Positions 29,624 through 40,143 of a stretch of 64,000 nt of DNA are shown here, piece after piece (within the stretch, counting starts at the first letter, position 1; the number at the start of each line of letters is the position of its first letter). Source of the stretch: an uncultured Gammaproteobacteria bacterium. Lineage in GTDB: Bacteria > Pseudomonadota > Gammaproteobacteria > DRLM01. The stretch lies in NCBI GenBank assembly GCA_963729605.1, contig CAVSNY010000002.1, forward strand, positions 224,001 through 288,000. The letters are read 5' to 3'. Under the pieces are notes generated by a model, which ran no database searches, was not told where the DNA came from, and saw only the letters and a program-made list of their open reading frames with translations. Made by a program: the position numbers and the translations under genes.

Positions 29624-32482
29624 ATGCAAAATGCCATGATGATCGAAGGATTGACGGGCGCGGGCACGGCGGCGACCAAGCAACGTTTTCTTTTGTTGAA
29701 CCGGGAACGGCTGCGCCGCGCCCAGGAATCGATGCGGGAACGGCAACGGGATTTTCTCGATCTGCTGCCCCTGTTGTTTCATGTCAACCACCCGATTTTG
29801 CCGGGCTTCGTGTCGTCCGACGGGCCGGTGGGCGTGGCGGACTATCGTCCCACCAAACGCGCCTTGCTCGCGGCCAAAAAAATCGCCATGGCCTTCGATT
29901 TCAAGAGCAAGGCCCTGCCGCGTTTCGACATCTATTCCCTGTTCCTGATGGGCAGCAGCGGCACGGTCGCTTACTCACCAAAAAGCGACTTTGATGTTTG
30001 GCTTTGCCATCGCCCCGATATGGACGCCGGCAAACTCGCCGAGCTCCAGCAGAAGGCCACCCTCATCGAGGCGTGGGCCGCCGCGATGGATCTTGAAGTG
30101 CATTTCTTTTTGATCAACTCCCATCAATTCCGCGAAGGGATGCACGCCGATCTCTCCAGCGAGAGTAGCGGCACCGCCCAGCATTATTTGTTGTTGGAGG
30201 AATTTTATCGCACCGGACTGTTGCTGGCGGGGCGTTATCCGGTGTGGTGGCTGGTGCCGCCCGAACAGGAAAAAAATTACGCGGACTGCGTCAAGGCGCT
30301 GGTTGAGCGGCGCCTGATATCGCCCAACGAATTTATCGATTTCGGCGATGTGGCCCGGCTGCCGGCCGAGGAGTTTTTCGGCGCGGCCTTGTGGCAGTTG
30401 TTCAAGGGCATCGATTCGCCTTATAAATCGGTGCTCAAATTGTTGCTGATGGAGATTTACGCCAGCCAATATCCCAATATCGATTTGCTCTGCCAGCGAT
30501 TCAAGCGGGCGATTTACGCCGGCGAAAGTCAGCTCGATCAGCTCGATCCTTACATGATGCTCTATCGCGATATCGAGGAATACTTGGAGGGCAAAGGAGA
30601 ACATGACCGCCTGGATTTCGTGCGGCGCTGTTTTTACTTCAAGGTGAACGAAAAACTGAGCACCCCGGACAATCCCCGTTACAACACCTGGCGCCGCGAA
30701 CTGATGCGCGCCCTGGCGCAGTCCTGGGGATGGGGGGCGGTCTATCTGGAGATGCTCGACGCCCGCGCCTCGTGGAAGATCAACCGCGTATTGCGCGAAC
30801 GACAAATCCTGGTGAGCGAACTGACTCACAGCTATCGCCTGCTCTCCAATTTCGCGCGGGAACACGCCGGGCTGATGCTGATCAATCAAAAAGACATCAC
30901 CGTGCTCGGCCGCAAATTGTACGCGGCCTTCGAGCGCAAGGCCGGCAAGGTGGAGATGATCAATCGCGGCATCTCCGATGACTTATGGGAGGCGCGGGTC
31001 TCGTTCCATCAATTGGTGTCGCGCGACAATCAGGAAACCTGGGCCCTGTTCCGCGGCATGGTCACCACCGCCGAGCTGGCGCACAGTACGCCGCTGAAAC
31101 GCGGCCGCAGCGTCTGCGAACTGATGGCGTGGAGTTATTTCAACGGACTGGTCGATGAGCGGACCGCCTTGGCTTTGTATGTCCAGCGCGGCGAACTCAC
31201 GACCCGCGAACTGAGCAACACCATTCGTTGCTTCGAAAAAATCTTTCCGCTCGGCCAGGCCATGGAAACCGTGATCGACGATCTGTCCCGTCCGGCCCGG
31301 GTGGTGCATACCGCCATCTTGATGAATGTCGGGCTCGATCCCTTTCTGCAACACACCCGCGAAGGCCGCCATCTGACCACCACGCGCACCGATGCCTTGA
31401 GTTATAGCGGACTGGGGGAAAATCTCGCGGTGACCTTCGATCAGGTGGTGGTCACCACCTGGAAAGAGGTGCTTACTTATCGTTACAGCGGCGTCGATGG
31501 TTTGTTGAGTTGTCTCGGTGAATACCTGCAATGGTCGCCGCCCAGCAGCGATATGCGCCCGCCGGCGCCGGCGGTGTATTGCTTTTCCAGCGTCCGCGGC
31601 GACGCGATCAGCAAACGAATTAAAGAATTGTTCGAGGATGTGACCGCCTGTTATTACGGCGATCCGGCAGGCCGCTCGGCGCGGTATGTGTTGGCGGTGG
31701 AGCAGACCTTTTTCACCTTGCGCTTGGATAACGATTCCCTGCACTATGAAAAAATCGGGCCCTACGGAAATTTGCTGACCCACCTCTCGCAAGGGCAAAT
31801 CGGTTTCAGTCCGGTGGTGATCGATCGGTATGCCTTGGACGACACCTTGTTGCCGCCGATCTTCAAGCTCAATCGCGCCGGGGTCGTGCAGGTGGTTTAT
31901 CGGGTCGACGGCGCCACCGCCGATGTCTACGTGGTGGACGAACGCGGTTCCTTGTTCAATCAACGCATCGATTATTTCGATCGCGGGGCGCTGATCGACC
32001 ACTTCCGGGTGTTCTTCGACGCGGTGCTCAAGCGTCAGCAGTTCGATATTTCCATCGACAATACCGACATGCCCGCCATGGAAGTGGAATTTTACGAGGC
32101 GGTGAAGGATGAACGGGGCGGCCGCAAGCTGGTGCAGGTCTATCCCGACCCCGCCCGCCGTGGCGGCCATTACTACAAGGTGCAGGTGATCGGCGAGGTG
32201 CTGGCCAACGGTCAGCCGAGTTTCAGCATTTATTGCAACGAGGTGGAGTTCGCCGGGCTAAGTTACGGCGATCAATTGTTCAGCGAGGTCGCGGCCTTTG
32301 TGTTGCAGGGGCGCCGCAGCGGCCAGCGTTATCCGATTTATATCACCGACATCGACGGACCGCGCACCATGTTCAGCACCGAACCGGGCGGCCGGGTGCA
32401 GACCATCCATTTTCTCAAGTATAAAAAGCAGATCGAAGAGCGGCTCAACGCGGCCTTGGAATCGCTGGATAAAACCACCTGA
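29624..32482 (+). CDS. cyaA: Class I adenylate cyclase
   Basis: LLPLLFHVNHP; MGSSGTVAYSPKSDFDVW; LLLEEFYRT; KGIDSPYKSVLKLLLME; GRKLYAAFE. Confidence 0.95.
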   Translation: MQNAMMIEGLTGAGTAATKQRFLLLNRERLRRAQESMRERQRDFLDLLPLLFHVNHPILPGFVSSDGPVGVADYRPTKRALLAAKKIAMAFDFKSKALPRFDIYSLFLMGSSGTVAYSPKSDFDVWLCHRPDMDAGKLAELQQKATLIEAWAAAMDLEVHFFLINSHQFREGMHADLSSESSGTAQHYLLLEEFYRTGLLLAGRYPVWWLVPPEQEKNYADCVKALVERRLISPNEFIDFGDVARLPAEEFFGAALWQLFKGIDSPYKSVLKLLLMEIYASQYPNIDLLCQRFKRAIYAGESQLDQLDPYMMLYRDIEEYLEGKGEHDRLDFVRRCFYFKVNEKLSTPDNPRYNTWRRELMRALAQSWGWGAVYLEMLDARASWKINRVLRERQILVSELTHSYRLLSNFAREHAGLMLINQKDITVLGRKLYAAFERKAGKVEMINRGISDDLWEARVSFHQLVSRDNQETWALFRGMVTTAELAHSTPLKRGRSVCELMAWSYFNGLVDERTALALYVQRGELTTRELSNTIRCFEKIFPLGQAMETVIDDLSRPARVVHTAILMNVGLDPFLQHTREGRHLTTTRTDALSYSGLGENLAVTFDQVVVTTWKEVLTYRYSGVDGLLSCLGEYLQWSPPSSDMRPPAPAVYCFSSVRGDAISKRIKELFEDVTACYYGDPAGRSARYVLAVEQTFFTLRLDNDSLHYEKIGPYGNLLTHLSQGQIGFSPVVIDRYALDDTLLPPIFKLNRAGVVQVVYRVDGATADVYVVDERGSLFNQRIDYFDRGALIDHFRVFFDAVLKRQQFDISIDNTDMPAMEVEFYEAVKDERGGRKLVQVYPDPARRGGHYYKVQVIGEVLANGQPSFSIYCNEVEFAGLSYGDQLFSEVAAFVLQGRRSGQRYPIYITDIDGPRTMFSTEPGGRVQTIHFLKYKKQIEERLNAALESLDKTT

Positions 32483-32503
32483 GCGCCGGATCCGGCGCCA
32501 TCC

Positions 32504-33178
32504 TCATACCGTGGTTTCGCCCAGGACGCGGGCGAGAAACGCGCGGATATCCTCGATCTCCGCGCCGGACACGCCGTGCGCCATGGGATAGACGCGCCAT
32601 TCCACCGGGCAACCCATCGCGATCAGCGCCTGTCTGGAGAGTTGGGCGTGGGGCAAGACGATGACCGTGTCCTGATCGCCGTGGGCCATGAAGATCGGCG
32701 TGCCGCGATTGGCGTTGGCCAGTTCGGCGGCGGTCTGTTCGGCCAGCGGCAAATAGGTTGAAAGCGCCATGATGCCGGCCAGGGTCCGCGGGTAACGCAG
32801 ACCGGTGTGGAGGGCGATGGCGCCGCCCTGGGAAAAACCCGCCAAGACGATGCGCGGCGCGGCGATGCCGCGTTCTTGCTCCCGTTCGATGAGGGCGTGC
32901 AGTTGCCGTTCCGACGCGCGGATGCCGGTCTCGTCTTCGCTGCGCGGCCGTTCGAAGGACAGGATGTCGTACCAGGCCCGCATCACGTAACCGCCGTTGA
33001 CGGTGACCGCGCGGTGCGGCGCGTGAGGAAAAATGTAACGCACCGGCGTGGCCAGTCGCAGTTGCGGCACGAGGGGCTCGAAGTCATGGCCGTCGGCGCC
33101 GAGGCCATGCAGCCAGATCACGCTGGCGGTGGCGGGCGTGATGGGGTCGATCTCAATGCAGGGAAGATAAGTGGTCAT
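32504..33178 (-). CDS. Phospholipase/carboxylesterase (alpha/beta hydrolase)
   Basis: IWLHGLGADGHDF; MRAWYDI; GFSQGG; MALSTYLP; YPMAH. Confidence 0.93.
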   Translation of the reverse strand: MTTYLPCIEIDPITPATASVIWLHGLGADGHDFEPLVPQLRLATPVRYIFPHAPHRAVTVNGGYVMRAWYDILSFERPRSEDETGIRASERQLHALIEREQERGIAAPRIVLAGFSQGGAIALHTGLRYPRTLAGIMALSTYLPLAEQTAAELANANRGTPIFMAHGDQDTVIVLPHAQLSRQALIAMGCPVEWRVYPMAHGVSGAEIEDIRAFLARVLGETTV

Positions 33179-33267
33179 GGTCGGCGCGCGAGCCTCGTTG
33201 GGTTTGCCGGTGATCCCGGTTTATACTGCGGCGGCATTGTAACGCGGGCGGACGCGGAGGGGTAATC

Positions 33268-33390
33268 GTGAAGCGGTGGATGATACGGCTGACGCTGGGT
33301 GTGCTGATGGGCGCGACGCTGCTCGCGGGTTGTGGACAAAAAGGGCCGCTCTATATTCCCGATGACGCGGTGCGCGATCAGGGCAAATGA
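33268..33390 (+). CDS. lptM: Small outer-membrane lipoprotein, LptM/YifL (LppL) family
   Basis: Missed by the ORF track. GGAGG RBS then MKRWMIRLTLGVLMGATLLAGCGQKGPLYIPDDAVRDQGK*; lipobox LAGC followed by the family signature GQKGPLY. Confidence 0.9.
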   Translation: MKRWMIRLTLGVLMGATLLAGCGQKGPLYIPDDAVRDQGK

Positions 33391-33619
33391 GGGCGGCACC
33401 GATTCACCGCACGGCGTCACTTCAGGAATGGAAATTTCCCCCTTCGTATTCAAAGGTGCCCGCGGGAACGGGGTGGTTGATGCGCGGTGCATCGAGCAAT
33501 TTATTTTAAGGCGCCGATCCGGCGCTATCGCGCGCGCCTTCGTCGTTGGATGAGGGTGTGATCAAACGGTTTGCTCTTGCATCGCAGCGCAAATGTCCCG
33601 GCCAGGGTGAAGCGCAACA

Positions 33620-34183
33620 TTAATGCATGGGGCGGATCAGGCTGGTTTCCACTTCGTCGCGTTTGACCTTGCCCGCCAGGGTTTCCAGCAGGGCCAGGGC
33701 GAAATCCAGCGCGGTGCCCGGCCCGCGCGAGGTGATGAGGGTACCGTCTTGCACCACCGGCGATTCCTGATAATTGACGCCGTCCAGTTGGCGGGCATTC
33801 AATGAGCCGGGATAACTGGTGGCGCGCCGGCCTTTGAGCAGGCCGGCGTCCGCCAGCACCTTGGGCGCGGCGCAGATCGCGGCGATGTATTTTTCCTGGC
33901 GCGCCATGCGCTGCAATAATTCGCGGATGCGGGGATCGTCGTTGAGGTGGTTGGCGCCGGGCAGGCCGCCCGGCAGCACCACCATGTCGTAATCTTGCTT
34001 CAGCGCGTCGTCCAGATCGGTGTCGGGTACCAGTACGGTGCCGCGGCTGGCGCGCACCGGCGTGCCGCGCGCGCCGAGCCCGGCGCTGGTGACCTCGATA
34101 CCGCCGCGCCGCAGGATATCGATCACCGTGACCGCTTCTAATTCTTCGCAACCCGCCGCCAGTGGGATCAGTACTCGAACCAT
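33620..34183 (-). CDS. DJ-1/PfpI family protein (YajL/ThiJ-like)
   Basis: Start MVRVLIPLAAGCEELEAV; VLPGGLPGA; AAICAAP; TSRGPGTA. Confidence 0.93.
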   Translation of the reverse strand: MVRVLIPLAAGCEELEAVTVIDILRRGGIEVTSAGLGARGTPVRASRGTVLVPDTDLDDALKQDYDMVVLPGGLPGANHLNDDPRIRELLQRMARQEKYIAAICAAPKVLADAGLLKGRRATSYPGSLNARQLDGVNYQESPVVQDGTLITSRGPGTALDFALALLETLAGKVKRDEVETSLIRPMH

Positions 34184-34253
34184 GGTCGCGCCCTCCGTTG
34201 CCTTCCACCACAGCGTGCAGCATAAAGGCTGGCGCACCGTTTGAGAATCGGAT

Positions 34254-35144
34254 TCAAGGGTTGACCTGAATTTTGAGCGGGGCCACGGCCGCGCCGCCGG
34301 CGCTGGCCAGCCCGGTGGCGGGGGAGGATGCGGTGTGGAGGCCGGGCTGGGCTCGCTGTTCCAGCAGGGCGCGGACGGCGACCAGTTGGACGCCCAGGCC
34401 GGGCAGTTCGGGCAGGTGTCGTTCCAGAAAAGTGAGGGTGGCGTCATGAGGGTGGCCGATGGCCACGGCGCCGCCCTGACGGCGCGCGAGGGTGATCAGG
34501 CGCTTGAATTGGAGGGCGATGGCCTCGGGTGTGGGGTCGTTGTCGAGAAAGACGTCGCGGCGGAGATTGGGCACGCCGTTTTCCACCGCCACTTGCTGCG
34601 CCACCGTGGCGGCGGTGGTGCGGCTGTCCACGAAAAAGAGCCGGCCGCGCCGGTTGATGGCCTGCATCAGCCAGCGCATGGGGCCGGCCTGTTGAGTGAG
34701 CAGGCTGCCCATGTGGTTGTTGATGCCCGTCACGTGGGGAATGTCGGCGAGATTCGCTTCCAGGGTGCGGACGAATTCCTGCTCAGTCATACCGAGCGTA
34801 AGGCTGCCGGGTCCGGCGGGCATGCCGTCGGCGGCCTCCATCGGCAGGTGCAACATGACTTCTTTATCGCGGTGGTGGGCGAGCCGCGCCAGGCGGCGGG
34901 CATAAGGCGTGTGGGGTAAAAAGGCCGCGGCCACCGGTCCCGGCAGGCGGATGGTGCGCAGGCCGTTGTGCAGATTGCCGCCGACGTCGTCGATGATGAT
35001 GGCGATCAGCGGCGGGGTGGCCGCCGGTGCGGTGCCGGGAGAGAGGGGCTCGCCCGCCCAGCCCGCTCCCCACGGCGCAAGGCCGGCCCAGAGCAGACAC
35101 AGCCATGGTCTCCGCCACCGAAATTTAAAGGGAGACCATGGCAT
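34254..35144 (-). CDS. Divergent polysaccharide deacetylase (YibQ family)
   Basis: IAIIIDDVG; MLHLPME; GINNHMGS; FFVDSRT; RDVFLD; AIGHP. Confidence 0.92.
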   Translation of the reverse strand: MPWSPFKFRWRRPWLCLLWAGLAPWGAGWAGEPLSPGTAPAATPPLIAIIIDDVGGNLHNGLRTIRLPGPVAAAFLPHTPYARRLARLAHHRDKEVMLHLPMEAADGMPAGPGSLTLGMTEQEFVRTLEANLADIPHVTGINNHMGSLLTQQAGPMRWLMQAINRRGRLFFVDSRTTAATVAQQVAVENGVPNLRRDVFLDNDPTPEAIALQFKRLITLARRQGGAVAIGHPHDATLTFLERHLPELPGLGVQLVAVRALLEQRAQPGLHTASSPATGLASAGGAAVAPLKIQVNP

Positions 35145-35170
35145 GGCTACGCCGCCGGTGCGCCGGCCGG

Positions 35171-36559
35171 TTACTTGCGTTTCTGTTGCAGGATGTTGAG
35201 GCCTTTGAGCAGATTGAGCGCCTCGTGTAATTGATAGTCGGTCTTGGCCAGCGGTTGTTCCTTGACTTTCACGTCTTCACCGGGCAACGGGTCGATGCCG
35301 TCTTTCGACAAGGGATCGATGATGTCTTTGACCGCATCTTCAGCTTTCTCTTTTTCTTTCGCCTTTTTCTTGCCGTTTTCCAGATGGCCGGTGAGATTGG
35401 ATTCTTTGACCGGCTCGAATTCCGGCGCATCCGCCTCGGCCACGGTCACGTTGATCAGCGGGATGTCCGGGTTGATGCCTTCGGCCTGGATGGAGCGGCC
35501 GGACGGGGTGTAGTAACGGGCGGTGGTGAGTTTGAGCGCGGCGCCGGTGCCGATGGGCACGATGGTTTGCACCGAACCCTTGCCGAAGGACTTCTCGCCC
35601 ATGATGACCGCGCGGTGATGGTCTTGCAGGGCGCCGGCCACGATTTCCGAGGCCGAGGCGGAGCCGGCGTTGATCAGCACCACGATGGGCGAGCCGTTGA
35701 GCACGTCGGACGGCGTGGCCTTGAATTTCATTTCGGAGTCTTTCACCCGGCCTTCGGTGTAGACGATCAAACCGCTTTCGAGGAAGGCATCCGACACCGA
35801 GACCGCCGCGCTCAACACGCCGCCGGGGTTGTTGCGCAAATCCAGTACCAGGCCCTTGAGCTCGCCGCCGTTTTCGCGCTTGAGTTCGCCGATGGCCTGG
35901 ATCAAGTTTTCCGGGGTGTGGGATTGAAATTGGGTGATGCGCAGATAACCGTAGCCTTTTTCCAGGCTGCGGCTCTTGACGCTCTTCACCTTGATGATGG
36001 CGCGGGTGAGGGTGAACTTGAGCGGTTTTTCCGCGCCCTCGCGGATCACCGTGAGCAGGATGTCGGTGCCCGGTTTGCCGCGCATGATGTCGACCGCGTC
36101 TTTCAGTGACAGGCCTTTCACCGGCGTGCTGTCGAGGCGGATGATGATGTCGCCGGTGCGCAGGCCGGCCTTTTGCGCCGGGGTGTCGTCGATGGGGGAC
36201 ATGACTTTGACGAAGCCGTTTTCCATGGTGACTTCGATGCCCAGGCCGCCGAATTCGCCGGAGGTGCCGACTTGCAGTTCTTTATAGGACTTGGCATCCA
36301 GATAGGACGAGTGAGGATCCAGGTTGGACAACATGCCGCTGATGGCGTGTTCCAGCAGGACTTTATCCTCCACCGGTTCCACATAATCGCTTTTGATTTT
36401 GGCGAACACCTCGGTGAAGGCGCGCAGATCCTCCAGTGGGATGGTGGTGTTGGCCGCCTCATCGGTGCGTTGGGCCCATACCCCGGTGCCGATGGCGATG
36501 CCTACGCCGAGGGTGATGCCGATCGTCAGCACCAGCAGATTACGTTTTTTGTCGATCAT
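35171..36559 (-). CDS. ctpA: Carboxy-terminal processing protease (S41)
   Basis: LDPHS; PDZ GGLGIEV; LDLRNNPGG; SASASEIVAGALQD; FGKGSVQ. Confidence 0.95.
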   Translation of the reverse strand: MIDKKRNLLVLTIGITLGVGIAIGTGVWAQRTDEAANTTIPLEDLRAFTEVFAKIKSDYVEPVEDKVLLEHAISGMLSNLDPHSSYLDAKSYKELQVGTSGEFGGLGIEVTMENGFVKVMSPIDDTPAQKAGLRTGDIIIRLDSTPVKGLSLKDAVDIMRGKPGTDILLTVIREGAEKPLKFTLTRAIIKVKSVKSRSLEKGYGYLRITQFQSHTPENLIQAIGELKRENGGELKGLVLDLRNNPGGVLSAAVSVSDAFLESGLIVYTEGRVKDSEMKFKATPSDVLNGSPIVVLINAGSASASEIVAGALQDHHRAVIMGEKSFGKGSVQTIVPIGTGAALKLTTARYYTPSGRSIQAEGINPDIPLINVTVAEADAPEFEPVKESNLTGHLENGKKKAKEKEKAEDAVKDIIDPLSKDGIDPLPGEDVKVKEQPLAKTDYQLHEALNLLKGLNILQQKRK

Positions 36560-36778
36560 GAGTGACTCCGTGGACCTATCCGGCGTTGAGGCGGTGGATT
36601 AAATGCTTCGGAAAGCATACAAGTTAGCTTGATTCATTTACAAGTTACGCATGCGCGCACGTTTCGATGCGTGTCCATGCGTAACCGCACTGTTTATTTA
36701 CTGGCCCATGCCTGGCCCCTTCCTCGAGTGAGGGGCGCGGGCGGCGGGATTTAAGCGAGATAAACGGGTTAGCGGTCA

Positions 36779-37963
36779 TTAGGGCGCTTTGCACCAGAGC
36801 AACGGGTTGACCGGCGTGCCCTGCTGGCGGATTTCAAAATAAAGGCCCGGCCGTTCGCGCGCCTCGCCGATCCCGCTGCGGGCGATCAGCGCGCGGGCCT
36901 CGACCAGGTCGCCGACGTTTTTGTTGAGCGCTTGATTATAGCCGTACAGGCTCATATAACCGTCGCCGTGATCCAGGATCAGCAGCAGACCGAAACCGCG
37001 CATCCAGTCGGCGAACACCACCCGGCCCGGGGCGATGGCGCGCACCTCCGTCCCTTCGGACGCGTCGATGACGATGCCTTGCCATTTGAGGTGGCCGAGT
37101 TGGCGCGGGCTGCCGAAACGCGCGGCGATCTTGCCTTCGGCCGGTAGTTTCAATTGGCCTTTGAGCTTGGCGAAGCCTTTGCCGGTGAGCGCCGGCGGCG
37201 GCATTTCGGCGATGGCGCGCCGCAGGCGGCCCACCAATTCCTGCAAACCCTGTTCGTCTTCCTTGAGTTGAGCCAGGCGTTGCTGTGAAGTGCTGATTTC
37301 GCTTTCGAGTTGTGAGAGCAATAGCTTACGTTCTTGGCGTTTCTCTTCCAGCGCGGTCTTCTGGATTTGCTGGCGGGTTGATAACTCGTCGAGGGCGCGG
37401 CCCTGGCTTTGGATGTCCTGCTCCAGCCGCGCGACGGCGAGCAGGGTGCGGTTGATGGCGTCGATCTGAGCTGTCCTCGCCCGGTGGAAATATTCGTAGT
37501 ACTTGAGACTGCGCCCGGCGGCGGCCGGTTCCGTCTGGTTGAGCAGTAATTTCACCGGCCCTTGCTGGCCGAAGGCGTAGCTGGCGCGCAGGTGTTCGGC
37601 GAGGGTTTGCCGTTGCTGGGCGAGGCCGGCCTCTTGGTGTCGTTTGTCTTGTTGCAGTTGCGCGAGGGTGGTGGCCTGTTCGCGGCGTTGCTGTTCCAGT
37701 TCGCGCAGGGAGTCGTTGATGCCGCCGATGGCGCGTTCGACCTCGCGGCGCTGGGCGCGCAGATGGTCGTAGCGGGTGCGCAAGGCGTTGAGCTGGGTGC
37801 TGGTCTCCTTGATCACCTGCCGCAATTTTTCCAGTTCCGCTTCCTTGTTTTGGACCTGGCGTTGATCCGCCGCGGCGGCCGCGGCCGACAGGCTCGCCGC
37901 GCAGAGCGCGATGCCCAGGAGCGTGGCGAGCCGTTTCGGGATGGTGGTGGGCCCCGTGTCCAC
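36779..37963 (-). CDS. envC: Murein hydrolase activator (coiled coil + M23-like domain)
   Basis: Signal peptide; long coiled coil; WQGIVI..VVFADWMRGFGLL..MSLYGYNQ..LYFEIR; gpmI-envC-ctpA order. Confidence 0.92.
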   Translation of the reverse strand: MDTGPTTIPKRLATLLGIALCAASLSAAAAAADQRQVQNKEAELEKLRQVIKETSTQLNALRTRYDHLRAQRREVERAIGGINDSLRELEQQRREQATTLAQLQQDKRHQEAGLAQQRQTLAEHLRASYAFGQQGPVKLLLNQTEPAAAGRSLKYYEYFHRARTAQIDAINRTLLAVARLEQDIQSQGRALDELSTRQQIQKTALEEKRQERKLLLSQLESEISTSQQRLAQLKEDEQGLQELVGRLRRAIAEMPPPALTGKGFAKLKGQLKLPAEGKIAARFGSPRQLGHLKWQGIVIDASEGTEVRAIAPGRVVFADWMRGFGLLLILDHGDGYMSLYGYNQALNKNVGDLVEARALIARSGIGEARERPGLYFEIRQQGTPVNPLLWCKAP

Positions 37964-37982
37964 TGGGCGTTTACGGCGTCCG

Positions 37983-39542
37983 TTAGTCGGGCTGACGGAG
38001 TTCGATGAGCGGCCGGCCGCTCATCTCCGAGGGCTTTTCGATATTCAACAGATACAGCATGGTCGGCGCCACGTCCGCCAGGGTGCCGGTGTTGGGGGTG
38101 GGTTGCGCGGGACGGCCCACGTACACGAGGGGCACCAGGTTGGTGGTGTGCGCGGTGTGGGCCTGGCCGGTGCTGTCGTCGCTCATCTGTTCGGCGTTGC
38201 CGTGGTCGGCGGTGATCAGCAGTTCGCCGCCGGCCTTTTGCACGGCCGCGACGATCCGTCCCAGGCAGAGGTCGAGGGCCTCGATGGCCTTGATCGCCGC
38301 CGGCATCGAGCCGGTGTGGCCGACCATGTCGGCGTTGGCGTAATTACAGATGATGGCGTCATAACCGCCGCTTTCGATGGCGGCCACCAGCTTGTCGGTG
38401 ACTTCCGGCGCGCTCATCTCGGGCTGGAGATCGTAGGTCGCCACCTTGGGCGAGGGCACCAGGATGCGGTCTTCGCCGGGATAGGGCTGCTCCACGCCGC
38501 CGTTGAAAAAGAAGGTGACGTGGGCGTATTTCTCGGTCTCGGCGATGCGCAGCTGGTGCAGGCCGAGATTGGCGATGTATTCGCCGAAGGTATTGCGCAG
38601 CCGCTCCGGCGGAAAGGCCACCGGCACGTGAAATTCCTCGTTGTATTCGGTGAGGGTGACGAAGGCGCTGAGCTGGGGGAGCACCGCCCGCGGGAAACCG
38701 TCGAAGTCGTCTTCGATGAAGGCGCGGGTGATTTGCCGGGCCCGGTCGGAGCGGTAATTCATGAAGATCACCGAGTCGCCGTCCTGCATGGTCACCGGCA
38801 GTTCGCCGGGCGGCACGAGGGCGGTGGCCTGGATGAATTCGTCGGTCTCGCCGCGTTCATAAGCCGCTTGCAGGCCGCTGAACGGATCGGGCGCGGTGAA
38901 GGCGGCCTTGCCTTGGGTGATCAAATCATAAGCGGTCTGCACCCGCGGCCAGCGATGGTCGCGGTCCATGGCGAAATAACGGCCGACGAGGGAGGCGATG
39001 CGGCCGCGCCCCAGTTGGGTGAAGAGTTCGGACAGGGATTGCAATGAGCTTGCCGCGCTCTTGGGCGGGGTGTCGCGGCCGTCGAGAAAGGCGTGGACGT
39101 AAATTCGCCGGGCGCCACGTTCCGCCGCCAGTTTCACCATGGCCTGGATGTGTTCCTCGTGGCTGTGCACGCCGCCCGGGGAGAGCAGGCCGAGGATGTG
39201 CACGGCCTTGTCGTGGGCGACGGCGGCATCCACCGCGTCGGTCAGGGTGTGGTTGTTGAAGAACGAACCGCTCTTGATCGCCCGGCTGATTCGCGTGAAT
39301 TCCTGGTACACCACCCGGCCGGCGCCGAGGTTGAGATGACCCACTTCGGAGTTGCCCATTTGATCGGCCGGCAGGCCGACGTCGGTGCCGGAGCAGCGGA
39401 TCAGCAGGCGGGGGTAGTTGGTCCACAAGCGGTTCCAGATCGGCGTGCTGGCGTTCAAAATGGCGTTGTGTGCCTTTTGTTCACTGTAACCCCAACCATC
39501 AAGGATAAGTAAAACAACGGGTTTATGACGTGACGGATTCAT
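37983..39542 (-). CDS. gpmI: 2,3-BPG-independent phosphoglycerate mutase
   Basis: LLILDGWG; MGNSEVGH; FLDGRD; [13 protein letters not shown]; DMVGHTG; TADHGN. Confidence 0.97.
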   Translation of the reverse strand: MNPSRHKPVVLLILDGWGYSEQKAHNAILNASTPIWNRLWTNYPRLLIRCSGTDVGLPADQMGNSEVGHLNLGAGRVVYQEFTRISRAIKSGSFFNNHTLTDAVDAAVAHDKAVHILGLLSPGGVHSHEEHIQAMVKLAAERGARRIYVHAFLDGRDTPPKSAASSLQSLSELFTQLGRGRIASLVGRYFAMDRDHRWPRVQTAYDLITQGKAAFTAPDPFSGLQAAYERGETDEFIQATALVPPGELPVTMQDGDSVIFMNYRSDRARQITRAFIEDDFDGFPRAVLPQLSAFVTLTEYNEEFHVPVAFPPERLRNTFGEYIANLGLHQLRIAETEKYAHVTFFFNGGVEQPYPGEDRILVPSPKVATYDLQPEMSAPEVTDKLVAAIESGGYDAIICNYANADMVGHTGSMPAAIKAIEALDLCLGRIVAAVQKAGGELLITADHGNAEQMSDDSTGQAHTAHTTNLVPLVYVGRPAQPTPNTGTLADVAPTMLYLLNIEKPSEMSGRPLIELRQPD

Positions 39543-39768
39543 GCTGACGATGCTTTTCGAATGTGGTTCCTGGAAACGCAAGCAGGTCTTTTTCAATCTA
39601 GCCGCGATTTCCGCGAGACCGGGGGAATACCCAAGTTTCCCCAGACCGGACGGTGATTGTATAATCTTTTGCCCTCAAAAGGCAGTATCGATGTGGAGTG
39701 GCGTGTTTATGGAGGTTGTCGTGACTTAAATAATTCATACATGAAGGTCTCTATCGAGGGTAATAACA

Positions 39769-40080
39769 ATGGAAAATATAACTGCCGCGCTCATCAATGA
39801 TGATGAAGAAATTGAGCAAGCGGCGCGTTCACTGAAGGCAATGGCCCACCCCATCCGGTTGAAAATCCTGTGTGCCCTAGGCGATGATGAAGTGAGTGTT
39901 CAGTGTATCGTGGAAATGGTCGGCACATCCCAAAGCAATATCTCTCAACATCTGGGTATTTTGCGCGAAAAGGGTATATTAATGACCCGCAAGAATGCCA
40001 ACCGGGTATATTATCGGGTAGGCGATAAGCGCACCTTGCGCCTGATCGGCATGATGCGAGAGGTGTTTGTACGGGTTTGA
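39769..40080 (+). CDS. ArsR/SmtB transcriptional regulator, YgaV/BigR/SqrR-like
   Basis: LKAMAHPIRLKILC; SQSNISQHLGILR; RVYYR; upstream of a rhodanese gene. Confidence 0.9.
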   Translation: MENITAALINDDEEIEQAARSLKAMAHPIRLKILCALGDDEVSVQCIVEMVGTSQSNISQHLGILREKGILMTRKNANRVYYRVGDKRTLRLIGMMREVFVRV

Positions 40081-40143
40081 TGCCCGGATTAAGCCTTGGC
40101 GTGACTGTTAGTACATTTTGAAGTAAAGGTTTCGATTATTCCC

